A stretch of 64,000 bases of DNA from Candidatus Multivorans sp. (lineage in GTDB: Bacteria > Acidobacteriota > Thermoanaerobaculia > Multivoradales > Multivoraceae). Positions 1 through 8,919 of this stretch are shown piece by piece (positions within the stretch are counted from its first letter, which is position 1; every line of letters starts with the position of its first letter). The stretch is taken from positions 12,664 through 76,663 of the forward strand of contig CBDCYE010000001.1 of assembly GCA_965224025.1 (NCBI GenBank), written 5' to 3'. Position numbers and translations under genes: made by a program. Below the pieces are notes generated by a model. That model did not search any database. It saw nothing but the letters and a program-made list of their open reading frames with translations, and was not told where the DNA came from.

Positions 1-5
1 CCGCG

Positions 6-1751
6 ATGGTGCTGCTGCCACTGGCGGAGATCGTCGTCCGCCAGACCGGTACCGGCATTCCCGGCGCGCTTCCCTTCCAACAGCACCTGACGCTGTGGGT
101 TGCCTTCCTCGGCGCGGCCCTGGCGGCGCGCGAGGGGCGCCTGCTGGCCCTGGCCACCGGAACCCTCCTGCCCGAGGGCCGGTTTCGGAGCGCGGCGGCG
201 GTTCTGACCGGCGGCGTCAGCGCGATGGTGGCGACGCTGCTGGGGCTGGCCAGTCTGGATCTGGTGCGGATCGAGCACGAGGGCGGCATCGAGATGGCGG
301 CCGGCGTGCCCGTCTGGGTGGGGCAGGCGGTCATGCCGGTCGGCTTCGCGCTGCTGGCGCTGCGGCTGGCGTGGAAGTCGTCGGATCGCTGGCTGGGGCG
401 CGGTCTGGCGATGCTCGGCATCGCGCTGGCGCTCTGGATCAACGCGAACGGGGACGCCTTCGCCGATCGGACGGCGGCGCCCTGGTTGGTGCTGATTCTG
501 GCTTCGACCCTGCTCGGCGGCCCCATCTTCGCCGCCCTGGGCGGCGCGGCCGTGTTCCTTTTCCTCACCGACTTCGTTCCGCTCGCCGCCATCCCGGCGG
601 AGAGCTACCGGCTCGCGGTGTCTCCGACGCTGGCGGCGATTCCGCTGTTCACGCTGACCGGCTTCCTGCTCGCGGAGGGCGGGGCGTCCGAACGGCTGCT
701 GCGGGTCTTCCGCGCCATGTTCGGCTGGGCGCCGGGCGGGACGGCGGTGGTCTGCGCCGTGGTGTGCGCGTTCTTCACCGTGTTCACCGGCGGTTCCGGG
801 GTCACCATCCTGGCGCTCGGGGGTGTTCTCTTCGCCGCCCTCTCCGCGGACGGCTACCGCGAGCGGTTCTCGCTCGGGCTCCTGACCTCGTCCGGATCCC
901 TGGGTCTTCTGCTACCGCCGGCTCTGCCGCTGATCCTCTTCGGCATCGTCGCGCAGGTGCCGATCGAGGACCTGTTCATCGGCGGCGTGGTGCCGGGTTT
1001 GTTGCTGATCGTCCTGATCGCAGCCTGGGGCGTGCGGGAGGGCCTGCGCGGCGGCGCCCGCCGCACCCGCGTCTCGATGCCGGAGCTCGGACGGGCAGTC
1101 TGGGCCGGAAAGTGGGAGTTGCTGCTCCCCGTCGTCATCGTGGGCGCGATCTTCAGCGGCTACGCGACCCTGGTCGAGTCGGCGGCCCTGGCCGCTCTCT
1201 ACGCCTTCATCGTCCAGTGCGTGATCCACCGCGATCTGAAGGTGGGGAAGCCACTGATCGCGGTGTTCCGGCAGTGCACCGTGCTGGTCGGCGGGGTGCT
1301 GATCATCCTGGTGGTGGCCATGGGGCTCACGAGTTGGCTGGTGGACGCCCAGGCGGCCCAGCGTCTGGTCGAGCTGGCGCAGGACAACATCGAATCGAAG
1401 ATCCTCTTCCTGCTGCTGCTCAACGTCTTCCTGCTCCTGGTCGGCTGCTTGATGGACATCTTCTCGGCCACCGTGGTTGTCGTACCCCTGATCATTCCGA
1501 TCGGTCTGGCCTTCGGCGTCGACCCGATCCATCTCGGGATCATCTTCGTCGCCAACCTTGAGCTGGGCTACCTGACGCCGCCGGTGGGCCTCAACCTGTT
1601 CCTGGCGTCCTACCGCTTCGAGCGACCGCTCATTCAGATCTACCGCGCCGCCGTGCCGGCGCTCGTCATCCTCGGCGTCGGCGTGCTGCTGATCACCTAC
1701 GTGCCGGTGCTGACCCTGGGTCTCCTGGAGCTGATGGGCAGGGGCGCCTGA
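6..1751 (+). CDS. TRAP transporter fused small/large permease (DctQ-DctM); the start may lie upstream of the window
   Basis: Highly hydrophobic. DctM motifs AIPLFTLTGFLL, SGSLGLLLPP, GVDPIHLGIIF, LGYLTPPVGLNLF; N-terminal four-TM DctQ-like part. Confidence 0.9.
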   Translation: MVLLPLAEIVVRQTGTGIPGALPFQQHLTLWVAFLGAALAAREGRLLALATGTLLPEGRFRSAAAVLTGGVSAMVATLLGLASLDLVRIEHEGGIEMAAGVPVWVGQAVMPVGFALLALRLAWKSSDRWLGRGLAMLGIALALWINANGDAFADRTAAPWLVLILASTLLGGPIFAALGGAAVFLFLTDFVPLAAIPAESYRLAVSPTLAAIPLFTLTGFLLAEGGASERLLRVFRAMFGWAPGGTAVVCAVVCAFFTVFTGGSGVTILALGGVLFAALSADGYRERFSLGLLTSSGSLGLLLPPALPLILFGIVAQVPIEDLFIGGVVPGLLLIVLIAAWGVREGLRGGARRTRVSMPELGRAVWAGKWELLLPVVIVGAIFSGYATLVESAALAALYAFIVQCVIHRDLKVGKPLIAVFRQCTVLVGGVLIILVVAMGLTSWLVDAQAAQRLVELAQDNIESKILFLLLLNVFLLLVGCLMDIFSATVVVVPLIIPIGLAFGVDPIHLGIIFVANLELGYLTPPVGLNLFLASYRFERPLIQIYRAAVPALVILGVGVLLITYVPVLTLGLLELMGRGA

Positions 1752-1796
1752 AGTTGGGCAGGGACGACTGAAGGTAGGCAGGGACGACTGAAGATA
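1737..1796. repeat. Three tandem 20-bp repeats overlapping the TRAP gene stop
   Basis: ggcaggggcgcctgaagttg / ggcagggacgactgaaggta / ggcagggacgactgaagata, period 20. Confidence 0.85.
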
Positions 1797-1806
1797 GGTT
1801 GGCTCG

Positions 1807-2376
1807 ATGAACTGGAAACGTCTGCAGTCGTTCGCCGTCGTCTGGTCCACGGTCTTCGTGGTTGCCGCGATCCTGGCCGTGGTCGGTGTTCAGGTCGTTC
1901 CGCGCGGCGTTCCGGGACTGGTCGGGGCGTTGCATGTGCTGGTGGCGGCCATCGGCTTCTTCTGCGGCGTCGCGGCGACCCGGCGCCGGGCCGAGATCGA
2001 CGCCCTGCGCTGGCGCCGCGTGGAGGACTCGGACCTCACTTCGAGCGAGCGGGAACACGCCCACCGCGAGGCGGAGTCGGAGCTGAAGGGGGCGAGCGCA
2101 CGGTTCCTGCTCGTCGGCGTGACCTTGGGGGGCTGGCTCGCCTACCAGTTGCGCGCCGAGCGTCCGGAGGCGGGCGCCGCGGTCACGGAACTTCTGGGCG
2201 GTGAAGCGCCGGAGGTCGCCGCGCCCGGGCAGACCGCGGCCGAAGCCCTGGCGTCGGCGCCGGCGTACACGGTGAGCGCGTCCGATCTGCTCATCGCGAC
2301 GCCGCTGATCGCGTTCGGTCTCGGCATGCTGTGGGCGCGTCGCGGCGCCGCCCGGTCGGCGCCCTACGGCGGCTGA
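1807..2376 (+). CDS. Hypothetical membrane protein
   Basis: 189 aa with about four hydrophobic segments; codirectional with the TRAP gene. Confidence 0.65.
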   Translation: MNWKRLQSFAVVWSTVFVVAAILAVVGVQVVPRGVPGLVGALHVLVAAIGFFCGVAATRRRAEIDALRWRRVEDSDLTSSEREHAHREAESELKGASARFLLVGVTLGGWLAYQLRAERPEAGAAVTELLGGEAPEVAAPGQTAAEALASAPAYTVSASDLLIATPLIAFGLGMLWARRGAARSAPYGG

Positions 2377-2405
2377 GCGAGCGGGGCGCTAGCCCGCATG
2401 TTTCA

Positions 2406-3552
2406 GTGCGCCGTGGTAAGGCGCCATTTCCCAGTGGGTGCGAATCCCGCCCGGCAACTGTCGCTCCAGCCGGAAGCAGTCGGAGCGGATGAAGGAGGTA
2501 ACGAGATCGTCTGAAGCACTCCGATGAAGAAGGGCCGCCTTGGGCGGTTCAGCGAGCATGCGGGCCGCAACGCGAGTGAACGCCGAGCAGGCCTCGAAAC
2601 GGGCAGTGCGGGAGCCGACCCGCCTGAAATACGGGGAAGGCTGCCACCGGTCGGGAAGCGAGCGACGCTTACACCGCCCGGTTCCGCCGGGGTAGTGGCG
2701 GCGGCACGCATGAAGAGGGAGATGGAGGCAACACGGGAAGCCCCCGATGGTGGCGTTGCACGCGCCAACCGACAACCCGCGAGGGAGAGGTCGTGGCCGT
2801 TTGGGGTGGCGGAGAGGCTCGTAGTACCGGGGATGCCGGGTAACTCCGGCGGAGGGAAGGGGCCTTGGTTCGGGAACAGCGTATGAAGGAGGGAAGGGAC
2901 GTGAGGACTGGCGAGAGCCTAACCGCCTCAAAGAGTGTTCGGAGACTCCAGAGGACGCTACATGCGAAAGCGAAGGAAGCTCCAGGCTTCCGGTTCTACT
3001 CGCTGGCCGACAAGATGTGGCGCGCCGACGTGCTGTCCGTTGCCTGGCAGGAGGTCCGCCGCAACGGCGGCGCTGCGGGCGTGGACGGTGAGACGGTAGC
3101 GGCGATCGAATCGCGCGGTGTGGACCGATGGCTTGGGGCACTGTCGATTTGCCGTAGGCTGAGCGAGTTGACGGCGCGGCGCTACGGACTGCTGGAACCA
3201 GCGGTGGTGGTGGGACGACTCAACCGGCTGATGACCGGATGGGCGAACTACTTCACGCTGGGGCAGGTGAGTCCGTCCTACGCGGCGATAGATCGACACG
3301 CGACGCGGCGGCTGCGCCAGTGGCTGTGCCGGAAGCACAAGGTGAGGTCGGGAAAGAGTGTGCGCTTCCCCGACGAGCGACTCTGGGAAGAGTACGCACT
3401 TACGCGCCTGACGGTGCGAACGGCCAGCCTTCCGTGGGCGAAGGCATGATCCCGTCCGAGAGCCGGATGCGGGAAAATCGCACGTCCGGTTCGATGAGCG
3501 GCGACTGGAAACGGAGCCGATCCAAGGCCACCGCGCCAGTCGTCGACTCTAC
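2406..3552 (+). mobile_element. Group II intron (IIB type, class E-like by recollection) with an internally deleted IEP ORF
   Basis: 5' GTGCG at 2406; domain V gagccggatgcgggaaaatcgcacgtccggttc at ~3460-3492; domain VI ending ...gactctAC at 3552. EBS2 tgcggg (2607-2612) and EBS1 tgaaata (2625-2631) pair with the 5' exon. Confidence 0.92.
2901..3449 (+). pseudogene. Group II intron-encoded protein retaining only RT0 and domain X; RT1-7 removed in frame
   Basis: RT0 segment LQRTLHAKAK...FYSLADK...AWQEVRRNGGAAGVDG joins directly (~3143) to the X-domain segment RLNRLMTGWANYF...RLRQWLCRKHK. No YADD motif. Confidence 0.85.
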
Positions 3553-3766
3553 CCGAGGCGTCTTAGGAGCTCGTTTTGGAGCTGAGGCGGGCGTTTGAGC
3601 GTTGGCCGCGCGCTATCGGTGGGCGTCAGGGGTGGTGAGCGGGTTCGAGTCGGTGCTCGGAGGCGTGGCAAGGCCGTGCGGCGGCGCTGCTGGGTGGTCT
3701 TCGGGCGCACTCCGGCCCGGTAGGGATGCGAGGCGCCGTATTGTGGGGTCGGGTTGGCGTCCGGCC

Positions 3767-5200
3767 TCAGGCCGGCGGGTGGTAGAGGGGTTTGCTTCGG
3801 AGGTTTGCCAGGGCCTGGGCGAAGTCGTTCTGCCAGGGGAAGGCTGTTGGCAGGTGGATCCAGATGCGGCGGTGTGTGATGCGTATGCGGGCGGCGATCT
3901 TCAGGAACTGGAGGCGCAGGGTGCCGCACTGCAGGCGGGCCTTTGAGGTGCCTGGCAGGGCGAGTCGTCGCACGGCGGCGAGCAGGACGTAGGCGAAGGA
4001 GGAGAAGTAGAGGCGCAGTTGATTGGCGGCCATGGTGGCGGTCGAGGTGCGGTCGGCGAACAGGTCGAGCTGCTGCTCCTTGATGCGGTTCTCCATGTCT
4101 CCGCGGGCGCAGTAGAGCTGCTCGTAGAGTGCCTGCTTGCCGGCGCGGCTTTTCGGCAGATTGGAGACGATGAAGCGAGGATTGCCGCCCTTCTCGAGCC
4201 ATTCCGCCTTGCCCGCCACGCGCCTCTTGCGAGACCAGGTGGAGCGTGTCCGGTAGCGGAACTCCCGGAACCGGCGCGACGCCTTGCCGGTGGCGCAGAA
4301 GCGCCGCCGCGACTTCGCAAGCGCCTTCGCAAGCCGCCTCGCAAGGCGCGGATTCTTTGCCAAGCCGAACACGTAGAAGAGTCCCTGCGTCTCGCACCAA
4401 GCCATGATCCGTTCCCGGCAGAAGCCCGAATCGCCGCGCAGGATGATCCGCGTGTCCGGCCACGCTTCTCGAATCCGGGCGACGATCGGCGCCAACTCGC
4501 GGACCGTGCCGGCGCTTGCGTCCTCATCCGCGCACCGCAGCCGCGCAAGCAGCAGGTGCCCGCCGCAGAACGCGTACAGCGGCATGTAGCAGTAGCACCG
4601 GTAGTAGCCGTGGAAAAATCGACCCTCCTGAGTCCCGTGCAGCGGATCGTCCGTCGCGTCGAGGTCCAGCACGATCTCCGCGGGAGCCTCCTCGTGAGCC
4701 TCCAGGAACAGCTCCACCAACAAACCGTCCAGTGCCGCACTGTCCGCCGGAATCCGCTTGTAGCGGTCCACTGAAGCTTTCTCCGGCAGGGACAACTCCA
4801 GCCGATTCAACCCGGATGCGCTCGCCAGAGGGCGACCCTTGTCCCGCGCCCGAAGACGATCCGCTCCCGTGATGTCCCGCTTGCCCACCAACAGCGCCAT
4901 GAACGCGTCAAGGCGCAGCTGAGTGTGATCATTCAGGTCCTCGTAGCCCAGAGCCAGACCGTAGACACGCTGAGACACCAGCTCCCGGACCGTGTGCTCC
5001 ACCGCCGACGGATTCCGGTAGTCCCGAAAACAAGACGCCATGCGCGCCAACAGGCCGATCCGAGCGTCCGCTTCCCGAAGCAGCAAGCCGCCGCCCTCCG
5101 TCGTCAACCGACCGCCGTCGAAACAAGCCGTCACCCGGCGACGACCGTGGAATCCGAACTCAAGCTGCGACGAAGTACACTCTGTGATCACGGGCCTCAC
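3767..5200 (-). CDS. IS1380-family DDE transposase
   Basis: LGYEDLNDH, IVLDLDATDDPLHGTQEGRFFHGYY, ILRGDSGF, LYCARGDMENRIKEQQ. Confidence 0.95.
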   Translation of the reverse strand: MRPVITECTSSQLEFGFHGRRRVTACFDGGRLTTEGGGLLLREADARIGLLARMASCFRDYRNPSAVEHTVRELVSQRVYGLALGYEDLNDHTQLRLDAFMALLVGKRDITGADRLRARDKGRPLASASGLNRLELSLPEKASVDRYKRIPADSAALDGLLVELFLEAHEEAPAEIVLDLDATDDPLHGTQEGRFFHGYYRCYCYMPLYAFCGGHLLLARLRCADEDASAGTVRELAPIVARIREAWPDTRIILRGDSGFCRERIMAWCETQGLFYVFGLAKNPRLARRLAKALAKSRRRFCATGKASRRFREFRYRTRSTWSRKRRVAGKAEWLEKGGNPRFIVSNLPKSRAGKQALYEQLYCARGDMENRIKEQQLDLFADRTSTATMAANQLRLYFSSFAYVLLAAVRRLALPGTSKARLQCGTLRLQFLKIAARIRITHRRIWIHLPTAFPWQNDFAQALANLRSKPLYHPPA

Positions 5201-5315
5201 TCCTGCGGGTAGACCAAATGTCTGATAACACTTGGATTATCCGCCGGATGAGGCCCGATCTCAAATCACCCCGTGAGATATGCGGGCTAGCGCTAGGAGA
5301 CTGCGCGGCAGAAAA

Positions 5316-5360
5316 CTGGGTGCGCGGGCCTTCTGGCCCGCATCCGGCGCAAAGCGCCGG
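5316..5360 (+). repeat. REP-like palindromic element (CCTGGG family), intergenic double hairpin
   Basis: ctgggtgc-gcgggcc-ttct-ggcccgc-at-ccggcgc-aaa-gcgccgg. Confidence 0.8.
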
Positions 5361-5387
5361 TCTCTGGGAGTTCTGCCGCGTAGTCTC

Positions 5388-5684
5388 CTACCGCAGCCGA
5401 GCCACGGTCGCGCCCCAACCGCCGCCGCCGGGGCCGCCGCTCTTGAACGAAACGACCCGCGGGTCGCGCTCCAGCACCTTGCGCACGATCTGACGCTGTA
5501 CGCCGATGCCGCGGCCGTGAATGATGCGGACCTCGCGGAAGCCCTTCTCGTACGCGGCGTCGAGGTAGCTCTCAACCACGTCCTTCACGTCGCGGGGCGC
5601 GAAGGGGTGCAGGTCGATCTCGTCGCCGATCGGCACCTCCACGACATCGTCCATGTCGGGCGCGAAGTCGTCTTCGGGGGGCAT
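5388..5684 (-). CDS. Smr/MutS2 C-terminal domain protein
   Basis: EIDLH, VRIIHGRGIG and GGWGATV motifs. Confidence 0.9.
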   Translation of the reverse strand: MPPEDDFAPDMDDVVEVPIGDEIDLHPFAPRDVKDVVESYLDAAYEKGFREVRIIHGRGIGVQRQIVRKVLERDPRVVSFKSGGPGGGGWGATVARLR

Positions 5685-5698
5685 GGCAGTGGCAATGC

Positions 5699-8644
5699 CT
5701 AGAACAGCTTGAGGACGGCGATGAAGGCGCTCCAGCCGTCGTCCGGTCCCGCGAGCGCGGCGCCCACGTCCATGTTGACCACCGTGCCCCAGGGGCCGAT
5801 GAAGGTGCCGACGATGCCGGCGCCGGCGAGCAGCTCATTGTCCAGGCCGGAGGCCATGTCCGTCGCCCAGGCGGCGTCGCCGATCAGGTCGATACGGAAG
5901 ATCTGGCCGAGTTCGAAGCCGTAGGTCAGGTGCGCCGCCGCCGCCCGCTCGGCACGGACCTTGTCGCTCTGGTAGCCATGGACGGTCACGTCCGAGAAGA
6001 ACCCGAACTCGTACTTGCTGAAGCGGTCCAGGTCGGCGCCGTCGACGTATTCCACTGACAGGCCGATCTTCTGGAACTTCGGCAGGTGCCAGGTCTTGGC
6101 GACGCCCACGTTCCACAGCGTGTAGCTGTCCGGGGTCAGGTTGGCGACGCCGAGGCCCCAGGGCTCCCAATCGCCTCGCAGGTTCCAGGCGCCCCCGAGC
6201 ACCAGCCGGTAGCCGGAACGGGTGTAGCGGAGGGTGGTCCCCAGGCTGTGACTCAGATGATCCGTGGGCAGGACGAAGTCCTCGCTGGTCTCGTCGGCGC
6301 GCTGGAACTTGTGCCAGGACAGCTCGTAGCGGAAGTCGAGCTTGGCGTAGCTGCCGAGCGGGCGGCCGAGGCTGAAGTCCATGTTCGGGCGGAGCCGTTC
6401 CACGTTCTCCTGCGGCGACTCCCGGCCGTCGCGGTAGAGAGTGTCCTCGCCCGCGAACGCCAGCGCGAAGATGTCGAAGCCGGCATCCCAGCGCGAGCCG
6501 AACAGGCTCGGGTTGGCGACATTGGCGAGGATCAGCGGACCGGCGATGAACAGGTCGGCCTGGGCGCCCGTGCCGCGCCAGTCGAACGCCAGCCAGTTCA
6601 CGCCGCCCAGGGGCAGGGGGCCGTCCTGGGCCTCGTCGTAGAAGGCGCCGCCGACGATGAACATCCGGGTCTTGTCGTCCTCCTTGACCACCCGCTCGCC
6701 GGTGTCCTTGTCCACGGCCAGGTAGCGAAGCCCCACCTCGGTGTCGCGCACCATCGTCGCCTCGGAGGCCAGGGTCGCCTGCCGGCGGGTCTCGAAGTCG
6801 GTCGGGTTGATCGAGATACCGGTGAGTTCGGTCAACCCTTCCACGACCGTTGTCGCGTTCAGCAGGGAGAACAGCCGCTGACTGACCACCCGGGCCGGCA
6901 GCCAGTACGACGACCGCTCCCACGCCGCCGGCTCGCCGTTCTCGTCGACCGGGCTGTAGAAGGTGGTTTCGTCGTTCGAGAGCACGTCGCCGGTCAGGCC
7001 GAGCTGGACCGCGCGGGTCTTCACACGGGCGTAGATCTTGCGGTCCACCCACACCGTGCCGCGGAACAGGCTGCGGCCCTCCCCCAGCGCCGCCGCCGGC
7101 TCGAACTCGACGACCCAGGTGTCGCGGCCCTCGACCGTTGCGGTGCCCCGCAGCCGGTAGCGGTACTCCTTGGTGAAGGTGATCGCGGCGGGCATCGCGG
7201 CCGCCTTCTCCGGCTGGATCAGGGGGATCTCGGGGATCTTCTTGCGCCGCCAGCGGATGCCGTTGACGAAGAAGTTGTCCCAGGCCCAGTCGAAACCGGC
7301 CTCCTGGCGGAAGAAGAAGGGGCCCTGGAAGGTCACGTCGACCGTCTGGATGCCGGTGCCGAGCTGGAAGCGCAGCGAGGTCGTGTTGGTGGCGCTGTAG
7401 TTCGCGATCCGCCTCGACTGGTCGTCCTCGAAGGCCTGCAGCCGCCTCAGGATCTCGCCGACCGGCACCTGGCGCGTGTCGGCGACGGTCAGGGCCTCTT
7501 CGATGCTCGTAGCACCGTCGAGGTTGACCGCGAGATCGCGGTCGAGCCGGAACACGAACGGCCCGTCGGTTTCGGTCAGCTCGAGTTCGTAGCCGTTCCG
7601 GGTGCGCCGGCCGCCGAACAGCAGTTCGGTTTCGCCGGTCGCGGGATCGAAGCGGGCGGGCGACCCGATCTGCCGGTCGCTGAAGCTGAGCGTGACCGGT
7701 GCACCTGCCGCCGGTGGCGACACGACGATCCGCAGGCTCAGATCCTCGCCGTGGACGAAGCTCCAGGCCGCAGCACCCGCAGGCGTCGAGTAGGGGTCGA
7801 AGGCGACATCGCCGGAGAACTCCTGGGCGATCAGGCGGGCGGCTCGAACCGCTGCGGCGTCGCCGGCGCCGTCGCCGGAGAGTGCGAACAGGGACAGGGT
7901 GGCCCCGGCCTCTGCCTCGGCCGCCGCGCGCACCAGCAGGTTGCCCCCGGCGGCTCCGCCGGTGGCCGTAGTGCCGGCCGGACCCGGCTCGACCGCGACG
8001 AGGGCATCCGGGTCCAGTTCACGGATCAGTCCCCGCAGCGCGCCCAGATCGACGGACTCCGAGGTGACCACCGCCACTCCGTCCAGGTAGGCGTCCAGTT
8101 CCTGGCCGTAGAGTGCCCGGAGCAACTCCGGATCGCCCGGCAGCGGCGCCGAGACAACGGCGGCATCCGGCTGCGCCCCCGAAACGGCGACCGCCGCCCG
8201 CTTCAGCGCCAGCGCGTACTCCTGGATCTGCAGCGCTTCATTCCTTAGCTCTCCCGGCCAGACGAGCTGAAAGAAGGACCCTGCCTGGGCCGACCGGGCG
8301 AGGTTGGCCAGCCGCTCCAGCTCCGGCGTCAACTCGTCCGCGCGGTCGGCCGCCGGCGGCGGCGCGGCGAAGCGCACCGCGTACCAGGGAGTGGCGCCGC
8401 TGTCGCGCAACCGCGACGCCGCCTCGGCCGCCGCGCCGACTTCGGCCTCATCCGTGAGGTCGACGGGCCACTTGACCACGAGAAGCGCCTCGTCCGCCAG
8501 TTCCGGCAGCGCACCCAGGATCTCCGCCGCTCCGCCTGGGTCCTCAGTCGCCAGACCGACACAGGGATTGCAGGGCAACTGCCCGGCCGCCGGCACTGCT
8601 ACAGCGAGCACGACAGCTGTTGCAAGAAGAGCTTGTTTCGTCAT
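5699..8644 (-). CDS. Large secreted/outer-membrane protein (signal peptide, soluble domains, C-terminal beta-barrel-like region)
   Basis: Signal peptide MTKQALLATAVVLAVAVPAAG; MucB/LolA-like stretch YRYRLRGTATVEGRDTWVVEFEP...GTVWVD; amphipathic beta strands; terminal Phe. Confidence 0.7.
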   Translation of the reverse strand: MTKQALLATAVVLAVAVPAAGQLPCNPCVGLATEDPGGAAEILGALPELADEALLVVKWPVDLTDEAEVGAAAEAASRLRDSGATPWYAVRFAAPPPAADRADELTPELERLANLARSAQAGSFFQLVWPGELRNEALQIQEYALALKRAAVAVSGAQPDAAVVSAPLPGDPELLRALYGQELDAYLDGVAVVTSESVDLGALRGLIRELDPDALVAVEPGPAGTTATGGAAGGNLLVRAAAEAEAGATLSLFALSGDGAGDAAAVRAARLIAQEFSGDVAFDPYSTPAGAAAWSFVHGEDLSLRIVVSPPAAGAPVTLSFSDRQIGSPARFDPATGETELLFGGRRTRNGYELELTETDGPFVFRLDRDLAVNLDGATSIEEALTVADTRQVPVGEILRRLQAFEDDQSRRIANYSATNTTSLRFQLGTGIQTVDVTFQGPFFFRQEAGFDWAWDNFFVNGIRWRRKKIPEIPLIQPEKAAAMPAAITFTKEYRYRLRGTATVEGRDTWVVEFEPAAALGEGRSLFRGTVWVDRKIYARVKTRAVQLGLTGDVLSNDETTFYSPVDENGEPAAWERSSYWLPARVVSQRLFSLLNATTVVEGLTELTGISINPTDFETRRQATLASEATMVRDTEVGLRYLAVDKDTGERVVKEDDKTRMFIVGGAFYDEAQDGPLPLGGVNWLAFDWRGTGAQADLFIAGPLILANVANPSLFGSRWDAGFDIFALAFAGEDTLYRDGRESPQENVERLRPNMDFSLGRPLGSYAKLDFRYELSWHKFQRADETSEDFVLPTDHLSHSLGTTLRYTRSGYRLVLGGAWNLRGDWEPWGLGVANLTPDSYTLWNVGVAKTWHLPKFQKIGLSVEYVDGADLDRFSKYEFGFFSDVTVHGYQSDKVRAERAAAAHLTYGFELGQIFRIDLIGDAAWATDMASGLDNELLAGAGIVGTFIGPWGTVVNMDVGAALAGPDDGWSAFIAVLKLF

Positions 8645-8788
8645 TTCCCGAGGAGTTCCCAACGCAGTGTCGGACCTTAGCCCGGATAACAGCTTGTGGC
8701 GGCTCAGATTCCCTGTCCGCGGAGGGTGTCGGTTCGTTTGCCTCGTGCATCAGCCCTCTCGGCACCGACTTCCAGCCCAGTCGGGGTT

Positions 8789-8884
8789 AGGAGGGGTCAG
8801 CTCCCAGGTGCCTCTGAACGAGCGAAGCGCCACACCTCCCATCTCCTCCCAAGCGCTCACGTCACCTGGGAGCTGACCCCTCCT
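8789..8884. repeat. 22-bp perfect inverted repeat with a 52-bp spacer downstream of recA (MITE/REPIN-like or RNA hairpin)
   Basis: aggaggggtcagctcccaggtg (8789-8810) and cacctgggagctgacccctcct (8863-8884). Confidence 0.8.
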
Positions 8885-8919
8885 GCCCCAAGACGGGCGG
8901 GTGCGTCCGACGACGCCGG

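Larger units (their letters stand above)
2393..5286 (-). mobile_element. IS1380-family insertion sequence (1747 bp without the intron) with a group II intron in its right IR
   Basis: Ends cccgcatgtttca|c (2393-2405, continued at 3553) and gtgagatatgcggg (5273-5286) are imperfect inverted repeats. CTAG duplicated at 2389-2392 and 5287-5290. Encodes an IS1380 transposase. Confidence 0.88.

Noticed and set aside
3463-3473. REP 3' end cccgcatccgg is the reverse complement of intron domain V ccggatgcggg and shares gcccgcat with the IS1380 IR
   Set aside because: Only 8-11 nt in GC-rich DNA; REPs lack the IBS1 match; probably coincidence.
8700-8890. 6S RNA or riboswitch
   Set aside because: The perfect arms and short length do not fit 6S; no recognisable aptamer consensus.
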